Positions 1-8,781 of a stretch of DNA of 64,000 nt are shown one piece after another. Below the pieces are notes generated by a model, which saw nothing but the letters and a program-made list of their open reading frames with translations, was not told where the DNA came from and did no database searches. The stretch is from positions 3,808,001 through 3,872,000 of the forward strand of contig OY771587.1 of the NCBI GenBank assembly GCA_963674825.1. Direction: 5' to 3'. Origin of the DNA: Candidatus Cloacimonadales bacterium (lineage in GTDB: Bacteria > Cloacimonadota > Cloacimonadia > Cloacimonadales > JAIOQZ01). The position numbers were made by a program, and so were the translations under genes. Position 1 is the stretch's first letter; each line of letters begins with the position of its first letter.

Positions 1-2
1 TC

Positions 3-2675
3 GATGGATCGAATCCAACTATAGTCAACTGCACCATCGCCAGCAATATGTGCGTCAGCGGCGGCGGTATTTACGCGAAGGAATGCTCGAATATCACCAT
101 CATCAACAGCATCATCTTCGGGAACGACCAGATGCAAATCTCGTTCGGCTCCAGCGGAAATATCAGCCATATCTCGATCGCATACAGCCTGCTCGACGAG
201 AACGATATCAATACCGGCTCGAACTACGGTTACATAACCTCGGATAATATGCTTGAGACCTACCCGCTCTTCCGGGCGGCGAAATACCCGAAGTTTGGCG
301 GTACACCTTTCACAGACGGAAGCTACCAGCTCCACAGCATCTCGGACTGCCGTAACGCCGGTGCGCCAAATTCACAGTACAACGATCCCGACCTCTCCCG
401 TAACGATATGGGCGTGTATTTCTATGATGAAAGAACACCTGATAACGAATTCCAGTCCACGCTGTTCGTGGCCGAGGATGGCAGCGATATCAGCGGAGAC
501 GGATCGATCGAGGATCCCTACGCAACGGTCCAGTACGCTGTCGATCAGCTCCAGACTACCGCGACTGACACCATCATCGTCCTGCCGGGAACATACGTTG
601 AAAACATCCAGATCCTGAACTCTGTGGTACTTGGCAGTCTCTACATGATCGATCCGTGGGAAGGTTTTATCGATTCGACGATCATCGACGGCGGCTCTCC
701 CTCGAACATGCAGCAGGCGAGTGCGTTCGGTATCTTGAATCCTGCCACCCGGACCTTCGATACGATCGACGTCTCGATCCTTGGACTCTCCATCATGAAT
801 GGTTTGGGGTGGACCATAAACCAGATCATTGTGCTGCCCGATATCGGAGAGCAGATTGTTGAACGAATCGTGGGCGGCGGTATCTACGTGAAAGACTGCA
901 CACCGCTCATCAACGCGAATAAATTCTTACACAACGGACTCTCCGGCACTCACGAAGGAGGAGCGGTCTATACGAATATCGATGACGACGCGGAAGATCG
1001 AAGAACACGGACGATCGATCTGGACTACCGGAACAACTGGTTTATCGAGAACTACGCGCAAGTAGGCAACAGCGTCTCGAACAGTGACTTCGACGGTTCG
1101 ATCGACCTCTCGGGGAGCGAATTCGATGTCGCGGCAACGCTCAACCGCGACGAGTGCGGCGTTTCGAGCTACTGGTGCGCGAAGGATTCGCTGATTTCAT
1201 ACTCGTTCGACAACTGCACCGGGCGCCAGGAGGCCTACGTGAACACGCTGTCGATCGACCCAGACACGCTCGGGATCGTTATCAGTAAGGTGTATGGAGA
1301 TCAGACCGGACCGGTGACGATCAATCTTTCGGCAGGTCAATACACGCCGGGACGCACATTGAGAAACGGATTCCCACTACAGATTCCCGATCACGTGTCA
1401 ATCGTCGGAAGCGGCACGGAAGATACTGAAATCAACCCCCTATCCACCGAAGCGGCGTTTATCCTCGACCACTCGGACAACGTCACAATCAGTTCGCTGT
1501 CCATTACCGGCGGTAGCTCTGAAATCGGTGGCGGACTATATGTCAACGATTCGGAGCTGATGTTGCAGGATGTGGATATCTCCGGCAACCAGGCAAATAT
1601 TGGCGGAGCGCTGTTCATGAAGGGTTCGGCAACTACACTGTCGGGCGTAACGCTGGATGGTAATCAAGCGCTCGAAGGTGCAGCCGGTGCGATCTATGTC
1701 GAAAATTCCATGCTCGATATCGCGGATGCAACCATTCGCAACAGTGTTACCAGCTACATCAGCCAAAACGAGGACGCTTTCGGATCGGGGATCTACGTTT
1801 ATAACTCCGATATCACGATCCAGAATCTGGTTTTGGAGAACAATATTCTTCCTGGCGAGAACTCAAAAGGCGCTGGGATCTACCTCTTCAATAGCGAAGG
1901 TGTCGAAACGGATGTTCTGATCGAAAATGTTGAAATTTGCAACAATTCCGCGAACTACGGCTGTGGAATCTACATGGTGAGGGTCAACCCCGTCATTCGT
2001 AATGTGCTGATTGCCGACAATAACGCATTTATGCAAGGGGGTGCGATCTATGCGAAAGACTGCTTCCCGCATATCGTCAATTGCACGATCGTCAACAACT
2101 CCTCCGGTGGAACCGGCGGACTTTATTTGACCGGTCAGGGAGACACCTTCCCCGGTATCGAGATCATAAACACGATTCTATGGGGTAATGAAGATGATCA
2201 GGTACGATTGTTCGGTGATCCGAAGCTGCTCACAATCTCGTATTGCGATGTTATGAACGGAGAAGACGGTATTAACAAGCGTCCGCAGGATACCCTGATC
2301 TACACGGACAACATCGAGCTCGATCCGCTCTTGAATATCGATTACACCCTGAGCGGCGGTTCGCCCTGCATCAGTGCGGGTAACCCAGACCCGCAATACA
2401 ACGATCCCGACGGGAGTCGTAACGATATCGGGGCTTTCTACTTCACCGGACTCGGTGTTCCGGCGAATCTTGTGATATCTGTTGCTGAATCGACCCTGAC
2501 GATTACCTGGCTACCGGTCGATAGTGCGAGTAGCTACAAAGTGTATTCATGCGGTACGCCGGACGGTAACTTCACAGTGGACACAAGCGGAACCATAAAT
2601 GGAACAAGCTGGACTGCCCCCATGCCCCGTGGTGACAGATATTACTACGTGAAAGCTGTTTTGGAAGGACGTTAA
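3..2675 (+). CDS. Large secreted right-handed beta-helix repeat protein (5' end lies outside the window)
   Basis: The frame is open from position 3. It has many GGG(I/L)Y and NxAxxGG parallel beta-helix repeats, two copies of AGxP..QYNDPD.SRND.G.F/YF, and a C-terminal FN3-like tail. Confidence 0.8.
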   Translation, partial: DGSNPTIVNCTIASNMCVSGGGIYAKECSNITIINSIIFGNDQMQISFGSSGNISHISIAYSLLDENDINTGSNYGYITSDNMLETYPLFRAAKYPKFGGTPFTDGSYQLHSISDCRNAGAPNSQYNDPDLSRNDMGVYFYDERTPDNEFQSTLFVAEDGSDISGDGSIEDPYATVQYAVDQLQTTATDTIIVLPGTYVENIQILNSVVLGSLYMIDPWEGFIDSTIIDGGSPSNMQQASAFGILNPATRTFDTIDVSILGLSIMNGLGWTINQIIVLPDIGEQIVERIVGGGIYVKDCTPLINANKFLHNGLSGTHEGGAVYTNIDDDAEDRRTRTIDLDYRNNWFIENYAQVGNSVSNSDFDGSIDLSGSEFDVAATLNRDECGVSSYWCAKDSLISYSFDNCTGRQEAYVNTLSIDPDTLGIVISKVYGDQTGPVTINLSAGQYTPGRTLRNGFPLQIPDHVSIVGSGTEDTEINPLSTEAAFILDHSDNVTISSLSITGGSSEIGGGLYVNDSELMLQDVDISGNQANIGGALFMKGSATTLSGVTLDGNQALEGAAGAIYVENSMLDIADATIRNSVTSYISQNEDAFGSGIYVYNSDITIQNLVLENNILPGENSKGAGIYLFNSEGVETDVLIENVEICNNSANYGCGIYMVRVNPVIRNVLIADNNAFMQGGAIYAKDCFPHIVNCTIVNNSSGGTGGLYLTGQGDTFPGIEIINTILWGNEDDQVRLFGDPKLLTISYCDVMNGEDGINKRPQDTLIYTDNIELDPLLNIDYTLSGGSPCISAGNPDPQYNDPDGSRNDIGAFYFTGLGVPANLVISVAESTLTITWLPVDSASSYKVYSCGTPDGNFTVDTSGTINGTSWTAPMPRGDRYYYVKAVLEGR

Positions 2676-2676
2676 G

Positions 2677-2930
2677 GAATGACGCATGAGGAATTCGTAT
2701 GCGTTGTTGATGTCCTTCTTGCCTTTTGCAGCGACCATGTCGTCGAAGCTTTCTCCTTCGGGAACCTGTATCGATGCGAACGGGTTGCTACCCTTGTATT
2801 TATCGGAAACGTTTTTGATGAAGAGTAGGACGAGAATGTTGTCCTTATATTGTGATGTGTCCATGCTGCCGCACAAGTCGTCGCAACTCTTCCACAAGGA
2901 TGAGCATAACTGTGTTTTCTTGATGGTCAT
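2677..2930 (-). pseudogene. hsdM: Decayed, internally deleted N-terminal fragment of type I R-M methyltransferase HsdM
   Basis: It translates MTIKKTQLCSSLWKSCDDLCGSMDTSQYKDNILVLLFIK.VSDKY...KGKKDI/NNAYEFLMRH. This resembles the HsdM N-terminus joined directly to the (GD)AYE(Y/F)LMRH motif, and the catalytic domain is absent. Confidence 0.75.
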
Positions 2931-3039
2931 CAAGGAGGCCACAGAGCTGCCCGAAGAGGGCGTCATCGGAGAGGTCGTCGCATACGGCGGGAAGCTGTAT
3001 GTCTGGAGTGGTGATAAGTAGAATCGAAGGAAATCAACA

Positions 3040-3069
3040 GGCCTGCTCGTTTCGGGGCAGGCTTTTTTT
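3040..3069 (+). terminator. Rho-independent terminator
   Basis: GCCTGCTC/GGGCAGGC stem followed by T7. Confidence 0.7.
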
Positions 3070-3091
3070 CTGCTCAAAAACACCGATATAG

Positions 3092-3192
3092 TGCCATTGG
3101 TTTGGCAGAATTTGCCAAACTGGTGGCACGCTTGCCAAACCTGTGGCAGCGATTTGCCACGTTTTTGTCACTTTTTGCCAAAACGCGTGTCA
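3092..3192. repeat. Array of five phased palindromes TGCCA-N6/7-TG(G/T)CA
   Basis: Units start at 3092, 3113, 3133, 3155 and 3176 (spacing 21, 20, 22, 21 bp). Confidence 0.85.
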
Positions 3193-3309
3193 CTTCACAC
3201 ACACCCTCAAATTTTCACGTGCAAAAATATTTCCTTTTCGTTTGTTTTTTTCTTGCACAAATATTATCTTCATAGAAAGTTTGACAGCGTGAAATATCTG
3301 GAGGAGATA

Positions 3310-3561
3310 ATGGATCAGAAACAACAGAAGAAAGTGATCGTTTTTTCGACACCTACGTGCAGTTGGTGCCATAAATTGAAATCATACCTTCGCTCTAGCG
3401 GAGTACGTTTTAAAGATATCGATGTTTCAAGGGATGCCTCTGCCGCGCGCGACATGGTTCGTAAAACCGGTCAGCAGGGGGTTCCGCAAACCTGGATTGA
3501 CGGCAAACCGGTAGTCGGCTTCGACAAAGCTGCGATCGACCGGATGCTCGGCCTACACTAA
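3310..3561 (+). CDS. Glutaredoxin-like protein (YruB/NrdH-like)
   Basis: GGAG RBS and ATG at 3310; CSWC active site and GVP motif. Confidence 0.9.
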   Translation: MDQKQQKKVIVFSTPTCSWCHKLKSYLRSSGVRFKDIDVSRDASAARDMVRKTGQQGVPQTWIDGKPVVGFDKAAIDRMLGLH

Positions 3562-3571
3562 GAGGAGAACG

Positions 3572-4033
3572 ATGAAGAAGAAAATCGCCAACTTTCTCAA
3601 AATCTCGCAGGAGCTTTATCTGCTGTTCAGCGAAAACGACTCGCTGCAGCGGCACTGTATCAAGATCGGACGCATGGAATGCAGCCTGATCCAGTTCTTG
3701 TACCGGGTCAAGAAACCTGTCTGTATGAACGATCTCGCAGAACAGCTCTGTGTATCGCACAGCCGTATTACTCGCATCGTTGACAATCTTGTGAAGAAGG
3801 GCCTCGTAAAGCGTTATCCTTCGATGGAAGACCGCCGGAAGTGGTTTACCGAAATCACGGATGCAGGCCGCAACACCGCGCAACATGCCGAAGAAGAGAA
3901 CAACAGCCTGCAAAAACAGATCATCGAAGCGATCCCGGAAGATGATTTCGACACCATCGTCGATAGCCTCGAGAAGTATATCAAGGCTTTCAGAACGACA
4001 ATCGCATTAAAAGAGGAGATGACCAATGGCTAA
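3572..4033 (+). CDS. MarR-family transcriptional regulator
   Basis: Winged HTH (LAEQL..SRITRIVDNL.KKGLV.R...DRR) with four Cys. Confidence 0.9.
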   Translation: MKKKIANFLKISQELYLLFSENDSLQRHCIKIGRMECSLIQFLYRVKKPVCMNDLAEQLCVSHSRITRIVDNLVKKGLVKRYPSMEDRRKWFTEITDAGRNTAQHAEEENNSLQKQIIEAIPEDDFDTIVDSLEKYIKAFRTTIALKEEMTNG

Positions 4034-4454
4034 TAAAACCATCGTTGAATATACAGACGGTCTGGCATTCCAGGTCGATATGGACGGACATAAGTTCATG
4101 GTCGATGCCGACAAGCAATTTGGCGGACGCGATCTCGGCCCAAAACCGAAACCGCTCCTTCTCGCTGGACTGGGCGGATGCTCTGGTATGGATACTGTTT
4201 CCATCCTGAAGAAGATGAAACTCGAGAACTTCAAGTTTAAAATGGAAGTCTGGGCAGACAGCTCCGACGGGCATCCATCTGTTTATACAACCGTTTACGT
4301 AGACTACATCTTCGAAGGTGAAAACATCCCCGAAGATAAGGTTCAAAAGGCGGTGGGGCTCTCTCAGGAAAGATATTGTGGCGTATGGGCAATGCTTTCA
4401 AATACCGCAGAGATGAAATCGAGAATTTTTATCAATGGAAAGGAGATATCATGA
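4026..4454 (+). CDS. OsmC/Ohr-family protein (YhfA-like)
   Basis: GPKPKPLLLAGLGGCSG and ERYCGV motifs (two conserved Cys). Confidence 0.9.
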   Translation: MANKTIVEYTDGLAFQVDMDGHKFMVDADKQFGGRDLGPKPKPLLLAGLGGCSGMDTVSILKKMKLENFKFKMEVWADSSDGHPSVYTTVYVDYIFEGENIPEDKVQKAVGLSQERYCGVWAMLSNTAEMKSRIFINGKEIS

Positions 4455-4912
4455 AAATAATCCAACTCGTTTCACTTATCATCATGCTGCTGTCGTTTGC
4501 TATGATAGCCGCAGAAGAATATACTGACGAATCGGGTCTCGTTTGGGAAACCAATCTCGATGACGCGATCACCATGGCCAATGAGAATGGAAAACCCATT
4601 CTTGTGAACTTCACCGGCTCCGACTGGTGTATCTGGTGCCAACGCCTTCGAGACGAGGTGTTTTCAAAAGAAGCTTTTCATGCGTACGCAAAAGACAATC
4701 TGAACCTCGTGTTCCTCGATTTCCCACGCGGAATCAAGCAGAGCAATGAAGTGAAAGCGATGAATCGCGGTTGGCTCGATAAATATGGAGTCCGCGTGTT
4801 CCCGACGCTCCTGATTCTGAACAAAGATGGCGAAGTCATCGCACAGACAGGCTATCAGCAGGGTGGTCCCGAGGCTTACGTCAAGCACCTGAAAGAACTC
4901 ATCGAGAAATAG
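4451..4912 (+). CDS. Secreted thioredoxin-family protein
   Basis: Signal peptide, FTGSDWCIWC and cis-Pro FPT; ATG follows an AGGAG RBS. Confidence 0.85.
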   Translation: MKIIQLVSLIIMLLSFAMIAAEEYTDESGLVWETNLDDAITMANENGKPILVNFTGSDWCIWCQRLRDEVFSKEAFHAYAKDNLNLVFLDFPRGIKQSNEVKAMNRGWLDKYGVRVFPTLLILNKDGEVIAQTGYQQGGPEAYVKHLKELIEK

Positions 4913-4921
4913 GAGCTATCC

Positions 4922-5446
4922 ATGCGGAACCTGATCCTCATATTGTTCGCCGCGACACTGATCCTTTCAGGATGCGGCCAGGAAAAGAAAGCGGAAACGG
5001 CAGCACTCGCTGAAGGCAGCTTTATCGCAGAGCACGACTTTACGTTGAAAGATATGCTGGGAAACGAGTTTGTCCTCTCCGAACAGAGTGGGCTTATCAT
5101 CTTGGATTTCTGGGCAACCTGGTGTCCACCATGTCGCGCCGAATTACCTGTGTTGCAGCAGCTTCACGAGCAATTCAAGGACAACGGTCTCACCATTGTC
5201 GGCATCAGTACCGAGCCATCCGAAACGATTCAGAAATTTATCGACGAAATGGCAACTAATGGCGTGAACTTGAACTACAAGATGGTACTCGACCCAGGCG
5301 GAAAGGTAACCCAAGCGTTTGGCATCAAAAACATTCCATCGACCTACATCATCGGAAAAGATGGCGAACTGCTCCGTCATGAAATCGGCTTCTCTCCGGA
5401 GTTGGTTGACGAATTCCACAAACTCATCAAAGAGCAACTGCAATAG
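4922..5446 (+). CDS. TlpA/ResA-family thiol-disulfide oxidoreductase lipoprotein
   Basis: LSGC lipobox, DFWATWCPPC and IPST. Confidence 0.9.
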   Translation: MRNLILILFAATLILSGCGQEKKAETAALAEGSFIAEHDFTLKDMLGNEFVLSEQSGLIILDFWATWCPPCRAELPVLQQLHEQFKDNGLTIVGISTEPSETIQKFIDEMATNGVNLNYKMVLDPGGKVTQAFGIKNIPSTYIIGKDGELLRHEIGFSPELVDEFHKLIKEQLQ

Positions 5447-5462
5447 TTTATCCATAAATATG

Positions 5463-5495
5463 AAAGACCAGGTTCATACAGAGCCTGGTCTTTTT
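5463..5495. terminator. Probable bidirectional terminator
   Basis: AAAGACCAGG...CCTGGTCTTT stem between convergent genes. Confidence 0.75.
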
Positions 5496-5511
5496 CATTG
5501 CAGCAATTAGA

Positions 5512-5982
5512 TCAATAATTCTCAAAGAATTTTCGAAGCGGTTCTGGAATCTCTTCCATGAACTTCGGTCCGGATCCGATCACAATCTTACCTTCCGCAT
5601 AGCGTTTTCTGCTTTCCATGGCTTCTTCTTCCGCCCAGCGCTCCACGCCGATCTTCTTCATACGCAGCAGATTATAAACCTTCTGATTTTGAGGGTAACT
5701 CTGTGCCTGCCAAGCGCATGGGTGCAGGATCTTACAGGGAAATTCGTCGCATTCGAAGCAGAATTCGATGCCTTTTGCCTTCACGCATTCCTGGCACTCG
5801 CATTTCTTCTCTCCGAAAAGCGCACAACCAGTTATTTTGCAGCCTCCACAGGCTACAGTCGCGGGATCGACACCTCGCCGTGAAGCGATCGCCTGCGCGA
5901 GCTCTGGTTTGATATTATCCTTATAAACCTGGCAATTGAAGCAATCGACACCACAGTGTGAAGTCAGTTTTCTGTAATCCAT
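5512..5982 (-). CDS. Cys-rich DUF3795-like protein
   Basis: CGVDCFNC, CGGC and FCFECDEFPC motifs; GGAGG RBS. Confidence 0.8.
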   Translation of the reverse strand: MDYRKLTSHCGVDCFNCQVYKDNIKPELAQAIASRRGVDPATVACGGCKITGCALFGEKKCECQECVKAKGIEFCFECDEFPCKILHPCAWQAQSYPQNQKVYNLLRMKKIGVERWAEEEAMESRKRYAEGKIVIGSGPKFMEEIPEPLRKFFENY

Positions 5983-6014
5983 GGTTCCTCCTTCGGATCG
6001 TTTCTATATGGTTT

Positions 6015-6040
6015 GAGTCAAAAAATCCAAAGAGGTTACA
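6015..6040 (-). promoter_or_regulatory. Possible ECF sigma promoter for the DUF3795 gene
   Basis: TGTAACC-N14-GACTC on the minus strand upstream of the gene, next to an ECF sigma gene. Confidence 0.35.
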
Positions 6041-6064
6041 AAGAATCGTAATTTTCTTTCTTAT

Positions 6065-6231
6065 TTGGAGCGCCAAGCCCCAGCTTGGCAGGAGATAAGC
6101 CTTCTTCTCTATTGGAGCGCCAAGCCCCAGCTTGGCAAGAGATGAGCCTTCTTCTCTATTGGATCGCCAAGCCCCAGCTTGGCAAGAGATGAGCCTTCTT
6201 CTCTATTGGATCGCCAAGCACCAGCTTGGTA
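6065..6231. repeat. Tandem array of 47-bp REP-like units (3.5 copies)
   Basis: TTGGA(G/T)CGCCAAGCCCCAGCTTGGCA(G/A)GAGAT(A/G)AGCCTTCTTCTCTA at 6065, 6112 and 6159, with a partial copy at 6206; each contains a GCCAAGC/GCTTGGC hairpin. Confidence 0.95.
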
Positions 6232-6273
6232 AAAGAAGGCGAATTTGATGAGCGTCGGATCAAGCTGGATTCA

Positions 6274-7062
6274 TCAGCTATCCAGCATCTTGATGTTGCC
6301 CTGTTTGCGTAGCTTCTTCACGCGTTGCTTGAATTGTTCAAGGGTCTGACCCTCAATCGTCGTGTGATAGAGCGGCTCAAAGTCCAGTATCTGTTCTAGC
6401 TCATCCTGAAAGCGCTTCTTGCTTTCGCGTTCTTCTTGTGGAACAGCCCGGATCGAAAGGAGCTTGTCCAGGTTATCATTCTTCTGGATATGACAGGCGA
6501 ACGTACTGCAATAGCACACACCATCCTTACGTACAAGCGAACAGCGACCATCGAAATGAGCCTTGATAAGATCGCGCGCACGGTGAAGGTCTGTCTTCAC
6601 CATCGCTTGGCTGCATTCCAGGATTTCAGCAGTGTCCGCTACCGAGAAATCGAGGATCACCCGCAGCGTAAACACCACGCGATAACGCGGCGGCATGCAA
6701 TTCATGAACATCTGCAAGCACGACTGTTTCACCCGTTCCACCAGATAATCGTCATCCGAATACCCGGCCTGGTTGATTACTTCATAGACATCCCGCTCGG
6801 TCAGCTCGTGCTCCTCGGCATAGGTCGTAACATGAAGACGCCTCTCCTTGTGGAATCGATTACGAGCAGTATTGAGTGCGATCTTGTACAGCCAGGTATA
6901 GTACGAGCTATCACCACGGAAATTCTGCCAGCCCTTGTAGGCGTTGAGGAATGCTTCCTGCATCACGTCTTCGGTGTCCTCGCGACATCCCGTCATGCGG
7001 AAAACCATCGTGTAAAGCCGTTTGTAGTGCTGATTGAATACGCTGTCGAAATCCTGTTGCAT
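6274..7062 (-). CDS. ECF RNA polymerase sigma factor with Cys-rich C-terminal extension
   Basis: Region 2 (DTEDVMQEAF, TWLYKIA) and region 4 (TAEILECS..VKTDLHRAR), followed by CSLVRKDGVCYC. Confidence 0.9.
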   Translation of the reverse strand: MQQDFDSVFNQHYKRLYTMVFRMTGCREDTEDVMQEAFLNAYKGWQNFRGDSSYYTWLYKIALNTARNRFHKERRLHVTTYAEEHELTERDVYEVINQAGYSDDDYLVERVKQSCLQMFMNCMPPRYRVVFTLRVILDFSVADTAEILECSQAMVKTDLHRARDLIKAHFDGRCSLVRKDGVCYCSTFACHIQKNDNLDKLLSIRAVPQEERESKKRFQDELEQILDFEPLYHTTIEGQTLEQFKQRVKKLRKQGNIKMLDS

Positions 7063-7197
7063 TGCTCTACTCCTTTCTTTCTTGACCAATCTCACCTCAT
7101 TATTTATCGTCAATAAAAAAATTACTGTCATAAGAGGATTGAAACAGCCCCTGTTCTATACCGTTAATATTGCGAAGGATTAAACAAAGGAGCCCAT

Positions 7198-8574
7198 ATG
7201 ACAATTTACATGAAGTCTCCAGGCATAAAGCTGGCGATGATCATCGCGCTCACGCTGCTACTCTTGATCCCCACAGCATTTATCATCAGCCTGATCAACG
7301 AACGTAGCGACCGGCTCGACAATGCCGCAACCGAAGTTTCGTCGAAATGGGGCCAGGCACAGGCGATCGCAGGCCCAGTACTGACGGTCAAAGGAATCGT
7401 AACGCAAAAAGTCGAAGATAAAACCGTGAAAACACCTGCCGTTGACACAGTGCTCTTGCCTTCCAAATACAATGTCAGCTGCGAAACTAAAAGCGAGACG
7501 CGTAAGCGCGGTATATACACCATCCCGGTTTATACCGCTAACATCGTCGTGGAAGGCAGCTTCCCCGCATACAAGATTGAGGACATCTGGAAAACGGATG
7601 ACACCGTCGATCTCACCAACGTCAACCTGTCATTTATCCTGAACGACAACCGGGGAATTATCGGAACGCCTAAAATCACGCTCAATGGAGAACATTATGA
7701 AGTAATCCCTGGCATCCCCAATAAAAAGCTGGTCGGTTCCGTTACGAGAACAACGTCAAGAGCATATGGGTTCAGCGGTTCCTCCGAATACAGCAAAGAA
7801 CACGATATAGACGAAGGTTTCCAGCTCGAGATCGATCGCGAGATGCTGAAAGAGCCCCTCCATTATAAGATCGAAATGACATTGCGTGGCACTAGCGAAC
7901 TTCACGTGGTTGCCATCGGTAAGGAATCGACCCTCCACATGACTTCCGATTGGCCGCACCCCAGCTTTACCGGGACATTCATCCCGACCTCGCACGAAAT
8001 CACCGATAACGGCTTCACCGCGGATTGGTCGGCCAGCGAGATGAACCGCAGCTTTCCGCAGGTTCTGGCGGGAACACAACGCATCACCAATGCGGACTTC
8101 GGCGTCAAGCTTATCCAGCCGGTTACGCACTACTCAAAAGTGGAACGCTCGGTCAAATACGCCATCCTGGTCATCGGGCTGACCTTCATCACCTTTTTCC
8201 TCGGCGAGATCCTGCTACGCAGCAAGGTCCACCCCATCCAGTATCTGCTCATCGGATTCTCGCTGCTGCTCTTCTATCTGCTCCTGCTCGCGCTCAGCGA
8301 ATACATGGCGTTCGCCGTCTCTTACATTATCGCCACCAGCGCTACCATTGTTCTAATTGGGCTCTATTCCTGGGGTGCACTGAAGAAGATGAAGCTATCC
8401 GTTTGGGTTTCTGCCATCCTCGTCATCATTTACACCCTGCTCTACGTGCTGATGAACCTGGAAGACTACACCTTGCTCGTGGGCAGCATCGCGCTCTTCA
8501 TTATCCTCTCGGCGATCATGTACCTTACCCGTAAGATTGACTGGTATAGCATGACCGGTCGAAACGGAGAGTAA
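7198..8574 (+). CDS. creD: Inner membrane protein CreD
   Basis: RKRGIY, SDWPHPSF.G, RSVKYAIL, HPIQYLLIG, LALSEY and MYLTRKIDWY motifs. Confidence 0.92.
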   Translation: MTIYMKSPGIKLAMIIALTLLLLIPTAFIISLINERSDRLDNAATEVSSKWGQAQAIAGPVLTVKGIVTQKVEDKTVKTPAVDTVLLPSKYNVSCETKSETRKRGIYTIPVYTANIVVEGSFPAYKIEDIWKTDDTVDLTNVNLSFILNDNRGIIGTPKITLNGEHYEVIPGIPNKKLVGSVTRTTSRAYGFSGSSEYSKEHDIDEGFQLEIDREMLKEPLHYKIEMTLRGTSELHVVAIGKESTLHMTSDWPHPSFTGTFIPTSHEITDNGFTADWSASEMNRSFPQVLAGTQRITNADFGVKLIQPVTHYSKVERSVKYAILVIGLTFITFFLGEILLRSKVHPIQYLLIGFSLLLFYLLLLALSEYMAFAVSYIIATSATIVLIGLYSWGALKKMKLSVWVSAILVIIYTLLYVLMNLEDYTLLVGSIALFIILSAIMYLTRKIDWYSMTGRNGE

Positions 8575-8626
8575 AGCCAATAGTGGCTGTAAGGGCACGT
8601 CACTGTGCCTGCTCGAATGAATAAAG

Positions 8627-8654
8627 AAAGCCCGGGGCATCAGCCTCGGGCTTT
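8627..8654. terminator. Hairpin terminator between convergent genes
   Basis: AAAGCCCGGGG...CCTCGGGCTTT stem. Confidence 0.65.
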
Positions 8655-8666
8655 CGTATAAATTAT

Positions 8667-8769
8667 CCGTGCAGCAGATTCGTTCGGTCGCAAGCGTAGC
8701 CGTGGTGTTACACGACGCAGTCGTGTTCATTCACGGCGCAGCGAAGCAGACGAACGTAGATGCGCACGG
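8667..8769. repeat. Long imperfect inverted repeat (~100 bp)
   Basis: Nested pairings CCGTGC/GCACGG, TTCGT/ACGAA, TCGC/GCGA, GCCGTG/CACGGC and ACACGAC/GTCGTGT around a 3-nt loop. Confidence 0.65.
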
Positions 8770-8781
8770 CAGACATAGTCG

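Noticed and set aside
3092..3192. CRISPR array or N-terminal extension of glutaredoxin
   Set aside because: The period is only ~21 bp. The real start is the ATG at 3310 with an RBS, and the extension is not protein-like.
6065..6231. CRISPR array
   Set aside because: The sequences between the hairpins are near-identical rather than unique spacers, and there are no cas genes in the window.
8667..8769. Integron attC site
   Set aside because: There are no RYYYAAC/GTTRRRY ends and no intI gene.
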